A stretch of 63,972 bases of DNA, counting the filler, from Octopus bimaculoides (Eukaryota): NCBI RefSeq assembly GCF_001194135.2. It is 7 parts of 7 records of this genome, joined end to end, with 100 filler letters (N's around TTAATTAATTAA, not from the genome) between each part and the next. Parts side by side here need not be neighbours in the genome. Positions count along the whole stretch, not along the records: positions 48,750 to 52,778 come from NC_069008.1; positions 52,879 to 62,590 come from NC_068988.1; 5 more parts are not named here. One strand, written 5' to 3'. Positions 49,580 through 61,586 of this stretch are shown here, one piece after another (within the stretch, counting starts at the first letter, position 1; every line of letters starts with the position of its first letter). The notes below the pieces were generated by a model. That model searched no databases. It was not told the DNA's origin and was given only the letters and a program-made list of their open reading frames with translations. The translations under genes and the position numbers were made by a program.

Positions 49580-49976
49580 CCAACCACACAGTTCCAGGTT
49601 CATTCCCACTGCGTGGCACCTTGGGCAAGTGTATTCTACGATAGCCTTGAACCAACCAAAACCTTGTGAGTGGATTTGGTAGACGGAAACTGAAAGAAGC
49701 CTGTCTTATATATGTATATATACATATATATATGTGTGGGTGTGTATATGTTTGTGTGCCTGTGTCTGTGTCTGTCCTCCCAACATTGCTTGACAATTGA
49801 TGCTGGTGTGTTTACGTCCCCATAACGTAGCGGTTCGGCAAAAGAGCCCGATAGAATAAGTACTAGGCTTACAAAGAATAAATCCTGGGGTCGATTTGCT
49901 TGACTAAAGGCGGTGCTCCAGCATGGCCACAGTCAAATGACTGAAACAAGTAAAAGAGTAAAAGAGTAAATGAGTG
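49580..49976 (+). mobile_element. SINE family B, near full length
   Basis: CCCACTGCGTGGCACCTTGGGCAAG through GACTGAAACAAGTAAAAGAGTAAAAGAG tail. Confidence 0.92.
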
Positions 49977-50141
49977 GAAACTTTACCGGTGAGTGTGTTA
50001 AATAATGAGGCACTAAAAGAGAATGACACGCCCTAGACACAGCAAAATATGCTTCAACACACAAACTCATATAAAGAATCTTGCAAACCAAATCCAAAAA
50101 CGAAATATATATATATATATTTATATATATATATATATATA

Positions 50142-50290
50142 TGAGTGGTTGGCGTTAGGAAGGGCATCCAGCTGTAGAAACTCTGCCAAAGTAGATTGGA
50201 GCCTGGTGTAGCCATCCGGTTGCACCAGTCCTCAGTCAAATCGTCCAACCCATGCTAGCATGGAAAGCGGACGTTAAACGATGATGATGA
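50142..50290 (+). mobile_element. Short retroelement family C, 3' end with (GAT)n tail
   Basis: GTGGTTGGCGTTAGGAAGGGCATCCAGCTGTAGAAAC...GACGTTAAACGATGATGATGA; inverse copy at 51413-51600. Confidence 0.85.
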
Positions 50291-50319
50291 TATATATACA
50301 TAAATATATAGGTACAATG

Positions 50320-50468
50320 GACTTCTTTTAGTTTCTTTCTACCATATCTACTCACACGACTTTGGTTAGCCCAAAGCTTTTGTAGAAGATACTTGCCCAA
50401 GGTGCCATGCAGTGGGACTGAACCCAGAGCCACGTGGTTGAGAAATAAGCTTCTTAGCACACAGCCCC
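50320..50468 (-). mobile_element. SINE family B, 5' part
   Basis: ACTTGCCCAAGGTGCCATGCAGTGGGACTGAACCC. Confidence 0.8.
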
Positions 50469-50471
50469 ATC

Positions 50472-50510
<39 letters not shown>

Positions 50511-50932
50511 TTTTATTTGGTTTAGTCATTTGATTGTGGCCATGCTGGAGCACTGCCACAAAGGATTTTAGTCAAAGAAATCGAGCCCAGAACTTTGTAA
50601 GCCTAGTACTTATTCTATCAGTATCTTTTGCTGAACTACAAAGTTATGGGGACATAAATACATCAAGTGATATTGAGGGGACGAACACAGACACAAAGAC
50701 ACACACACACACATAAACATTCACACATACTTACATTTATACATGCATACATACATATATATACATACAAACATATATATATATACACACACACACACAT
50801 ATGACAAGGCTTCTTTCAGTTTCCGTCAACCAAATCCACCAACAAGGCTTTGGTCAGCTCAAGGCTATAGTGGAAGATGCTTGCTCAAGGTACCACACAG
50901 TGGGACTGAACCTGGAACCATGTAGTTGGAAA
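50511..50932 (-). mobile_element. SINE family B, near full length
   Basis: Tail, internal (CA/TA)n and head segments in reverse order. Confidence 0.85.
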
Positions 50933-50952
50933 TTGAAAGAAGCCCATCGTAC

Positions 50953-51011
<59 letters not shown>

Positions 51012-51296
51012 CATGCATGCATATGTGTATGTGTGACTTTGTGTGGTGCGTGTCCTTGTGTCTGTGCTTGTCAGTCTTCACTGCTTCACAACCAGTGTTG
51101 GTATGTTGACATCCCAGTAATTTAGTAGTTCGGCAAAAGAGATCGATACAGGGCTTAAAAATAAAAATAAAAATAAAATAAAAAAAATAAAAAAAATAAA
51201 AAAAATCCTGGGGTCGATTTTGTTCTATTAAAACCCTTCAAGGCGGGGCTTCAGCATGGCTGCAGTCCAATGACTGAAACAAGTAAAAGAATAAAA
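50933..51296 (+). mobile_element. SINE family B, 3' part
   Basis: GAAAGAAGCCCATCGTA...TTCGGCAAAAGAGA...TGACTGAAACAAGTAAAAGA. Confidence 0.85.
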
Positions 51297-51412
51297 TATT
51301 TTTTATTTAAAGGATTCTTTCACTGTTTGCTCCCTGTATGCATTCTGTGATCTGCTCATGCACCCCTGGGTACTTTTTCTGATGAGTCATAATTCATCTC
51401 AGAACTGTACAT

Positions 51413-51455
<43 letters not shown>

Positions 51456-51832
51456 GTTTAACATCCGTTTTCCATGCTGGCATGGGTTGGACGGTTCGAC
51501 TGGGATCTGGGAAGCCAGGAGGCTGCACCAGGCCCCAATCTGATCTGGCAGTGTTTCTACAGCTGGATGCCCTTCCTAACGCCAACCACTCCATGAGTGT
51601 AGCGGGTGCTTTTTATGTGCCACCGGTCACAGGGGCCAGAGGAGGCTGGCAGTGGCCATGATTGGTTGGTGCTTTTTACATGCCACCAGCATGGAAGCCA
51701 GTCAAGGCGGCGCTGGCATCGGCCATGTTCAGATGGTGCTTTTTACGTGCTATCGGCACGGGTATCACAACTACAATTTCCATCTGATTTTTATTTTTAT
51801 TTTGATGTACTTGACCCAATAGGTCTCCTCAA
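51413..51832 (-). mobile_element. Family C element with three internal subrepeats
   Basis: (ATC)n tail, CAGCTGGATGCCCTTCCTAACGCCAACCAC, and GGTGCTTTTTA.(G)TGCCACC-type unit x3. Confidence 0.85.
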
Positions 51833-51977
51833 TAAGGTCATCATTATTTTTCTTTAATTTAATTTTACTTTCCACGAGTAATATTTGCAAACAATGAAAA
51901 TTAGAAATTTTCCAGCATACAAGTTGAATTCTTCAGAGAAAAATTTACAGCCTAAAATGGTAGTTGAAGATGGCTTA

Positions 51978-52432
51978 GGAGGACCAAAAATTCCATACGA
52001 AAAACAGCAAGATTTGGAAAGATAAAGACAATGTTTGAGCATTAATATTTACATAACATAGTTACATTATATACTTGTATGTCAACTTGTATGCCAGAAA
52101 ATACAGTATCTCTTTGTTTGTCACATTGACTCTTTCTTGTCCTCTTCATCTTTCTGTCTGTTTGTCTACCATATTTTCCAGCACACAACTTGAATTTTTC
52201 AGATATAAATTAAAAAAGTTAGGTCGACACATATATACTCAAATGAATTTCGAGGCCCAAAAATTCCTTGTGAAATGTTGAAAGATTTGGAAAGATAAAG
52301 ACAATGTTTGAATATTTACACTCCGTAGCGACATTATATTATATGTCGACTTGTATGCCAGAAAATACGGTATCTCTCTGCCTGTCTGTCCCATTGACAC
52401 TCTCTTGTCCCTTTCATCATTCTGTCTGTTAT
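51978..52432. repeat. Imperfect direct duplication (~185 bp units at 51978-52163 and 52251-52432)
   Basis: GATTTGGAAAGATAAAGACAATGTTTGA and ACTTGTATGCCAGAAAATAC occur in both units. Confidence 0.85.
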
Positions 52433-52822
52433 ATATGTATGTGTGTGTATATATATATATATATGCCGTACGGCTTTTGAATGTTGTTTTCACTGTCCAT
52501 TTTTTCCTGTCTTGGTTTGTGTTTGCCACCTTGGAATCCTCTGTGTAGTGGGTTGATCCACTACTCAGGAAGAGACTATTCTAGAGTACGTTCTGTCTTG
52601 TCTTCGAAACGTCTAGATAGAATAGAGACAGCTGATGAAGGGATATTCCAAGTGGCTTTCCGTTTTCCTATGTGTTCGTTCCGTTGTCTGTAGTTTATTG
52701 TTCTAACGTCCTGTACCCTGATATGCATGTATATACACATGTAGATGTAAGTGTGTACATATATGTGTGTATACATGTNNNNNNNNNNNNNNNNNNNNNN
52801 NNNNNNNNNNNNNNNNNNNNNN

Positions 52823-52834
52823 TTAATTAATTAA
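52823..52834. other. Artificial scaffold linker
   Basis: TTAATTAATTAA between two 44-N blocks. Confidence 0.95.
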
Positions 52835-53109
52835 NNNNNNNNNNNNNNNNNNNNNNNNNNNNNNNNNNNNNNNNNNNNAAAACCTTAGCCATATTCGTTT
52901 TAAAGAATATGGCTAGGAACGAGGAAGATATGTTTGAATTTTTGGAAATAAGGCTCTAAATAGAGCTATTTCCGATTTGAAAAATATATGTTCACGAAGT
53001 ATTTTGTGTTATACACAACTTATACAAAATTTTAAAACAAAATAGGTCTTTTAAGAGGTGAAAAATGCAACTTACATGGGAGCCGATGTGTCTACCGTCC
53101 GTCCATGAT

Positions 53110-53145
<36 letters not shown>

Positions 53146-54132
53146 TACATACATATACATACATACATACATACATAGGTAGATACGTAGATATGCAGAA
53201 AGATAATTACATCTACATATGTATGTCTGTATATATGTATATATGTATATATATATATGTATATATATACATACATACATACATACATACATGTAATATG
53301 GTAGTACCCTACTAAAATGTATAAACCTTTTAATTTAATGTTCACTTTTTTATATATATAACTTCAAATAAAAACAAACATTTATGTGTGTGTGTATGTG
53401 TGTGTGTTTGCCTGGGAGTGTGTGTCTGTGTGTACATATTAGTGTGTGTGTGTGCGTAAATATTTAAACGTATCTGTTTGTGCATTCCTATGCGTAAGTA
53501 TGCATGTATGTATGTATGTATGTATGTATTCTTGTATGTATATATGTATGTATGTAACCATTCTGAAATGCAGAGAGAACTATGCGTATGGCAGCAAATT
53601 CTAGCGAGTCATGAATGCAAAAGTCTCTGCAACAACCTTAGTTTGCATCAGAGTTTAGCCTTCACGTTTCTCTTTCAGACTTATCGACAGCGGCAACGTG
53701 AAGAATTTTCAAGATATGACAAGGCTCAACCCTACTGGATGTTCTGACCTTTAATCTCAGTGACTCAGAGCTTGACAGTTCCTGGAACGTCGCCAGCTTC
53801 TTCATCTTGAATGCTTCGAAAACGCTGAAGGCCTCCAAACCAGGATGCGCGCGTGTGTGTGTGTGTACAAATATACATCAAATATACATTGGAGCTAATC
53901 CTTGATTTTTAGCTAGTTTCTTTATTCGTTTATCTTTTCACCTAAGCTATATGAATACATGATGTGGTTTTAGAGTCAGTTTTGACTACTATTTCTGGCA
54001 TAGTGGTGCCTCTTCGGTACCCTCAGTTATAATTATATTTATATTATTATATATATCTATAACAATTATTACCTATACGGTTTTTTTCCATGCTGGCCAC
54101 TAGATATGATTTTTATGTTAAATAATGATCTT

Positions 54133-54213
<81 letters not shown>

Positions 54214-54251
54214 TTTTGTATGTATGCATATTTATATATTTTATTTCTTTT

Positions 54252-54563
54252 TTTTTTGTTTCAGTCATTTGACTGCGGCCATGCTGGAGCACCGCCGCCG
54301 AGTCGAGCAAATCGACCCCGGGACTTATTCTTTGTAAACCTAGTACTTATTCTGTCGTTCTCTCTTGCCGAACCGCTAAGTGACGGTGACGTAAACACAC
54401 CAGCATCGGTTGTCAAGCGATGTTGGATGGGGGTGGGGGACAAACGCAGACACACAAAGTACCAGACTCACAAAGAATAAGTCCTGGGATCGATTTCTTC
54501 GACTAAAAACCCTTTAAGGTGGTGCTCCAGCATGACCGCAGTCAAATTACTGAAACAAGTAAA
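54252..54563. mobile_element. Inverted pair of SINE family B 3' halves (54252-54453 minus; 54465-54563 plus)
   Basis: GTTTCAGTCATTTGACTGCGGCCATGCTGGAGCACC is complementary to GGTGCTCCAGCATGACCGCAGTCAAATTACTGAAAC. Confidence 0.9.
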
Positions 54564-55128
54564 TGATCAGATGTATACATTCAGCTGATTTCTCTTTCGC
54601 TCTTTCATTCCAGTTTCCGCCACGTTTTACACTCTCTATATCCTTCAGTCCTTCCTCGTTCGTTCTCTCTCATACACTCTCACTCCTCCCTCTCAGACGC
54701 GGACTTCTTTCTTTGCCTCCCTCCTTCCCTCACACCCATCCAACGTCCTTCATTCCCTCTCTCTTATTTAGCCGTTTCCTTTTACGCCTTTTACAACCAA
54801 ACTACAACCAGAAAATCCTTGGACATATGGTGTGAGCAACAGCAGTTTTTTGTCCAGTCAGAATCCAGATGAACTGCGCGTTGCACTGTCAATTATGATG
54901 TCATTAGATATGATATTTTGATGCTTGATAAGAACACTAATAATATAATGAGGATGACGGGGGAGATCTCAGGTCAACGGTTTGCCTCGTTTTAATGTTT
55001 GATATCATCTGATATCGTTTGACATAGTAACGTCGGTCTAATTAAGGAATATCGCAGCTGTTGGTAGAATGGCTGCCTGTCATGTCGCAATGCGACTGTG
55101 TGAGCGTGTGGGCGTCTGTAGGCATGTG

Positions 55129-55159
<31 letters not shown>

Positions 55160-55242
55160 GTGTGTATACATATACAGATGTATATATCTACTTATATTTT
55201 AAGGTTTGCATACATGCATGTATATATGTGTGTACATGTGTA

Positions 55243-55280
<38 letters not shown>

Positions 55281-55281
<1 letters not shown>

Positions 55282-55601
55282 TTTTACTCTTTTACTTGTT
55301 TCAGTCATTTGACTGCGGCCATGTTGGAGCACCGCCTTTTAATCGAGCAAATTGACCCCAGGACTTATTCTTTGTAAGCCTGGTACTTATTCTATCGGTC
55401 TCTTTTGCCGAACCGCTAGCTGACGGGGACGTAAACACACCAGCATCGGTTGTCAAGCGATGTTGGGGTTNNNNNNNNNNNNNNNNNNNNNNNNNNNNNN
55501 NNNNNNNNNNNNNNNNNNNNNNNNNNNNNNNNNNNNNNNNNNNNNNNNNNNNNNNNNNNNNNNNNNNNNNNNNNNNNNNNGGTTACAAACACAGACACAC
55601 A

Positions 55602-55642
<41 letters not shown>

Positions 55643-55805
55643 GACAGGCTTCTTTCAGTTTCCCTCTACCAAATCCACTTACAAGGCTTTGGTCGGCCCG
55701 AGGCTATAGTAGAAGACAGTTGCCCAAGGTGCCACGCAGTGGGACTGAACCCGAAACCATGTGGTTGGTAAGCAAGCTACTTACCACACAGCCACTCCTG
55801 CGCCT
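55281..55805 (-). mobile_element. SINE family B, full length (internal gap)
   Basis: Tail CTTTTACTCTTTTACTTG to head ACCACACAGCCACTCCTGCGCC. Confidence 0.92.
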
Positions 55806-55809
55806 ATGT

Positions 55810-56390
55810 AGTAAAGATTGTTTGCCAACATTACGTGGCAGTCTTGGTTGGTACGAGTGCTACTGCTATTTAGCCCCAGGAAAGAACGCCTCTAGCTGGC
55901 TATACGACACTATCTCTGTCCTTATATTTTCGAACAAGGGAGTTTAGCATCCCCACACAGTAACTTGGAGGCTTCAGCAGTCGTAGCTTCCTTAAATCTG
56001 TGGCACAATTTCAACAAACCATAAAACAGGCAAATCTTCGAAGTCACTAACTATATAACTATTAGATTCTATACATATACCGAATATTTTCCTTATCCAA
56101 TAAGCTATTCCTGTGCATATAAAAGTCTATTCACACCCTAATCTGTTTTGGGCCTTCGCGAGAAACCGAGTGTACAAACCAACAAAATGATCGTGAAGCT
56201 CTTTCTACATTATCCAGGTTTCGGAGCCTTTGATGAGAAGAGTTTCTGTGCATGCAATGAAAAAGGCCAGCCTTGTTGACTTTGAAATATTTGATTGCCA
56301 GATGGTTTTAATTTCGAAGATGTACTTGCTTAGCAAGTGATTTGATCTGAGGCCGTTGAAACTAAAGCAATTACGACGTGGAACACACAT
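55810..56390 (-). mobile_element. RTE-clade LINE, post-RT fragment, degraded
   Basis: IWQSNISKSTRLAFFIACTETLLIKGSETW...GLYTRFLAKAQN resembles IW.S.IS..TK..LF...V...LLYG.ETW...G.YTRLLR.A.N. Confidence 0.7.
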
Positions 56391-56836
56391 ATTTAGCTAT
56401 TGAAAAATAAACGAAGGCTCTTAACTTCACTTAAGCATTTATTATTTGATGTCAAAATTTTCTTCGTGCTTATTGCGACATCATAATGATAAATGTTTAA
56501 ATAAAGTTAACAGCTTTGAGGGATTTTATATGTGTTTATGCGTGTTTCCGAATGGCCAATACGTCTTTTACGCTCTAGATGTTTTAAAATTTATTAAAAG
56601 CACACAAGACCTGTTTCATCCGTGTAACGTAATCTTCCTTACTGTCAGCAAAATAGGATGCAAGCTACTTAAAGTTATAGACCATCTTCAGCTTCATGAA
56701 ACTCATTGGCAGGTGGGTTTTCTTTTCATTGATGGTCGTGTGTTCAGTCTTCTTTGCATTGAGAAACAGAACACAATCGGTCGCAGCATTCGCAATGGGG
56801 GCCAGTCGATTAGATCGACTCCAGTATGCAACTGGT

Positions 56837-56851
56837 GGTAGCAGCAGCAGC

Positions 56852-56898
<47 letters not shown>

Positions 56899-56905
56899 CA
56901 GCAGC

Positions 56906-56963
<58 letters not shown>
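56837..56963. repeat. (TAG/CAG)n microsatellite
   Basis: Source of the spurious poly-S/V/L/Y ORFs. Confidence 0.97.
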
Positions 56964-57580
56964 TACGGTTGCCTCTCGCATTGTTGTGAATTGGCAATTA
57001 AGAGAAAAATGTACTCAATACTGACGGGTAGAATAAGAATAACGTTATTCGTTCAGTGTCTGCGGGTCTCAGTGAGTAACTACTCAGAGTTTGTAGTCCC
57101 TGGCCTTTAAGGCTGAGAAATTAGGAAGAGGAGGACGACGACGACAACGAAGGCGACGACGAACACGGGAACGCAAACGAAGAGAGGAGGAGGGATCAGA
57201 CAAGGACAAGGAGGATTTAATGGTGAAGAAAGGGAACCAGGAAGAGGAGGAGTTGGGGATTGAGCGGGAACAGTGCGAGTGAATAAGTGAATGAATGGTT
57301 AATTGAGATGGTGAAAGTGAATTAATGTGAAAGAAATTGACTTTTGAAGAATGAAAAATGGCAGATATATATTACGCGAAGCACAGAGAGGGAAAAGTAG
57401 AAGATATAAACGCGGAGATCGTAAAGCAAAGATGGCGCCCGTCTGTTGTCATACGATATTGATTCGACCATAGTTTACTACTTTCTCTTTTATTCTCCTC
57501 CCTTAAATCCAATTCCCCACCCTCCCTCTATCTTTCTCTCTCTCTCTCCGTCTCTCTCTGTCTCTCTCTGTCTCTCTCTG

Positions 57581-57619
<39 letters not shown>

Positions 57620-59204
57620 TACCCAGATCCATGTTTCTTCTCTTTTAAGTATCAATGCTTGATCATTCGTATAATTAACAATATAATAATTTGTCTAAGA
57701 TTGCCGTGGATACATAAATGTTATGTATGAAAGCTAATGAAACGAAAATAGCATCTTCCTTCCTCTCTCTTCCTCTCTCACACACATACTCTCTCTTCCT
57801 CTCTCTCTATCTCTCTCTCTCTCTTAATTTCTCTATTCCCCTCTCTCTTCTCGTTTGTTATATGCTTTTACGATGTCAGTTCGGATAACGTAAGAATAAT
57901 GACGTAAATTTAACGCCATACAAATGCTTCGGACGATTACATTGCTTGGTACATCGTTTAATAGTGATACTTGCTTTTTTAAACACACGCGCGCGCGCAC
58001 ACGCACGCACACACACACACGCACACTGACACACATACAGACAAATACAAAAACGCACACACGTCTATACATACGTGAGTATGTTTGTATACACATATTT
58101 ATGTGTGTGTATATATACGCACACACATGCATATATTTGCACAGACGTCATGCATAAATAAATATATATATATGTGTGTGTGTGTGTGTGTATGAGTATA
58201 CATACAGACATACACGTACACACACATATGTATTTATATACATGCATATATGTATATTTGTAAATACATATATATATATATACACATATATATGTATATA
58301 TTATAGGTATGTACATATATATACATGCATACAAACACACACATACATTCATACATGCACACACATACATACATACATACATACATACATACATACATAC
58401 ATAATGCATACATGTATATGTTAAAAATCACAGAGATAACATGAGTAAATTTTAAGTCATGGAGGAAACAAACAGGAATTCGATACAGAGTCAGGTAGGT
58501 GAAAACACGTGCCTGAAAAGTGTTGAAATATAAAGCAAAAAAACTACAAACAAGAGAGTGTAAAATAACGTTCAATACATCGGATGAAATGGAGAGAGAA
58601 TCTGGGATTTGGCGAAAGATTTTTTATCAGAAAAAGCAAAATATAAATTTTTTTTTTTAATATTCAAGAAGCAACAGAAAGAAAAAATGTGCAAAATATC
58701 ATCATCATCATCATCATCATCGTCGTCCTCGTTGTCATTATTATCATAATCACCCTCACTATTATTATTATTTGTGTGTACGAACACATGTCTTTGTATT
58801 CGTGTATACGTATGCATAAGTACATATATATATATATATGTGTGTATATATATATGTATCTCTGTCTCTGTCTGTTTCTCTCTCTTTCTGTCTGATTGTC
58901 TCTCTCTCTCTCTCTATATATNNNNNNNNNNNNNNNNNNNNNNNNNNNNNNNNNNNNNNNNNNNNNNNNNNNNNNNNNNNNNNNNNNNNNNNNNNNNNNN
59001 NNNNNNNNNNNNNNNNNNNNNNNNNNNNNNNNNNNNNNNNNNNNNNNNNNNNNNNNNNNNNNNNNNNNNNNNNNNNNNNNNNNNNNNNNNNNNNNNNNNN
59101 NNNNNNNNNNNNNNNNNNNNNNNNNNNNNNNNNNNNNNNNNNNNNNNNNNNNNNNNNNNNNNNNNNNNNNNNNNNNNNNNNNNNNNNNNNNNNNNNNNNN
59201 NNNN

Positions 59205-59240
<36 letters not shown>

Positions 59241-59747
59241 TATCTGATTAATTGTGCCCGAGGCGTTTGAACAAATGACAAGGAGACGAGAAACGGCTTT
59301 ACGGCTGAACAGGTCACCGAGAGATTAATGCGAACAATGAACTTAGCAAACAAAAAGAAATGGGCGAGAGACTCGAAAACAGCTTGTACAAGTAATATCA
59401 GTCGAAAGCGCACGCATACCACACGCTATAAGGTTTTAAGAGTCATGAGGAGAGAATGCGCACAGTTTGAACGAATATATTCATCTTCTTTTTAAATTTA
59501 TATGTGTGTATGTATATATAGAATAATTTATATGAAATGAAAAGCAGCACTTTTGGCGACAGATTCAACGTACAGGTATCACTGGCTTACTGTCTCTTTG
59601 AATCTCTGGTGATGAGTTTTACAAGGGAGTGTCCGTAACATGGAGGGAACAAATGTCACGAAGAGCTTTATTTTGACATCGCCAGTTGACCAGTTTTCTC
59701 GGATATGTAATTATGTATGTTTTTATGTATGTATAAAAATACGCACA

Positions 59748-59785
<38 letters not shown>

Positions 59786-60586
59786 TACATACATACATAC
59801 ATACATACATACATACATACATACATTCCAAAGATGGAACCTTTTTGAAAACCGGTTCCATCCTCAGTGGAAAATTTATAATAATTAAAAAATAGAATTT
59901 GTAGCCTGCTGCCGATCAGAGCAATAATGTTGCTTTGCTTATTCAGCGGTAGGCTGCAATTAGCGCGGTGGGGATGAACCCATCAAAACGTTTGTGTTAA
60001 AACCCATGAAAATCATAGCAAAGCACATTCATTAAGTATGTTTGTTNNNNNNNNNNNNNNNNNNNNNNNNNNNNNNNNNNNNNNNNNNNNNNNNNNNNNN
60101 NNNNNNNNNNNNNNNNNNNNNNNNNNNNNNNNNNNNNNNNNNNNNNNNNNNNNNNNNNNNNNNNNNNNNNNNNNNNNNNNNNNNNNNNNNNNNNNNNNNN
60201 NNNNNNNNNNNNNNNNNNNNNNNNNNNNNNNNNNNNNNNNNNNNNNNNNNNNNNNNNNNNNNNNNNNNNNNNNNNNNNNNNNNNNNNNNNNNNNNNNNNN
60301 NNNNNNNNNNNNNNNNNNNNNNNNNNNNNNNNNNNNNNNNNNNNNNNNNNNNNNNNNNNNNNNNNNNNNNNNNNNNNNNNNNNNNNNNNNNNNNNNNNNN
60401 NNNNNNNNNNNNNNNNNNNNNNNNNNNNNNNNNNNNNNNNNNNNNNNNNNNNNNNNNNNNNNNNNNNNNNNNNNNNNNNNNNNNNNNNNNNNNNNNNNNN
60501 NNNNNNNNNNNNNNNNNNNNNNNNNNNNNNNNNTATATATATGCATGTATATATATGTGTGTGTGGGTGGGGGTGTATATATATAG

Positions 60587-60838
60587 GCCGGGGAGAGCCT
60601 GTGTGGTAAGAATCTTGTTTCACAACGACATAGTTCTGGGTTCAGTCCCACTGCGTGGTCCCTTGGATAAGTGTCTTCTGCTATAGCCTGAGGCCGACCA
60701 AAGCATTGTGATTGGGTTTTGTAGACGGAAACTGAAAGAAGCTATATTAGAAAACATTTGTCCAAGGTACCACGCAATGGGACTGAACTCGGAACCATTT
60801 GATTGGGAAACAAGCTTCTTATGACACAGCCAACGCCT
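60587..60838. mobile_element. Tail-to-tail pair of SINE family B heads (60587-60745 plus; 60750-60838 minus)
   Basis: GGTTCAGTCCCACTGCGTGG versus CCACGCAATGGGACTGAACTC. Confidence 0.85.
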
Positions 60839-61312
60839 AAATAATTTTAATCTTTGTCTGTGAAGTACGGGAGACAACTCGGGATATGTTTCTATGTCAT
60901 TGAACACCAACATCAGCTGAAGGGTAGCCTCACTCTAACGTGTCGAATGGAGCAGTGAAGGAATCGTAAAGTAAATATTGACAAACATACATTTGCTAGC
61001 TTAGAAAAATAGACGTTTGTTTAGAACTCAAATAATTCTGAGATGTCATCGGCTTGGTAAACACTGGGTAAACACTGGGTAAGTGGGTATTAGTTTACAG
61101 GGGTGGAGGTCTGGGAACTTTGCTGTTGGGCGAATTCATTACTTATAAATAGAGGTGGGCGATGGAAAAGAAACAAAGGGAAAGAATAAGCGATAGCAGT
61201 GGAAAGTACATTTTCAAATAGTCTTGGGTTCAATCTGTGTTGTCTCTAAACACAGCTTTCTTTTTCATGACAATGACCTATTAATAATAATAATTATTAT
61301 TATTGTTTCTGC

Positions 61313-61586
61313 TCTAGGCACAAGGCCTTGAAAATTTGGGGAAAAGGGGCTAGTCGATTACATCGACCCCAGTGCGTAACTGGTACTTATTTAATCGATC
61401 CCGAAAGGATGAAAGGCAAAGCGGCATTTCCTCCATCTTTGTTCTGAGTTCAAATTCTGACGGGGTCAATTGTGTCTTTCGTTCTTTCAGGGTCAATAGA
61501 ATAAGCACCAGTTGAACACAGGGGTCGATTTAATTGACTTAGCCCCTCTCATAAAATTGCTGGCCTTGTACCAAAATTTGAAACCA
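61313..61586. mobile_element. Inverted pair of SINE family A 3' halves (61313-61422 minus; 61432-61586 plus)
   Basis: CACAAGGCC...GGGGCTAGTCGATTACATCGACCCC versus GGGGTCGATTTAATTGACTTAGCCCC...GGCCTTGTACC. Confidence 0.85.
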
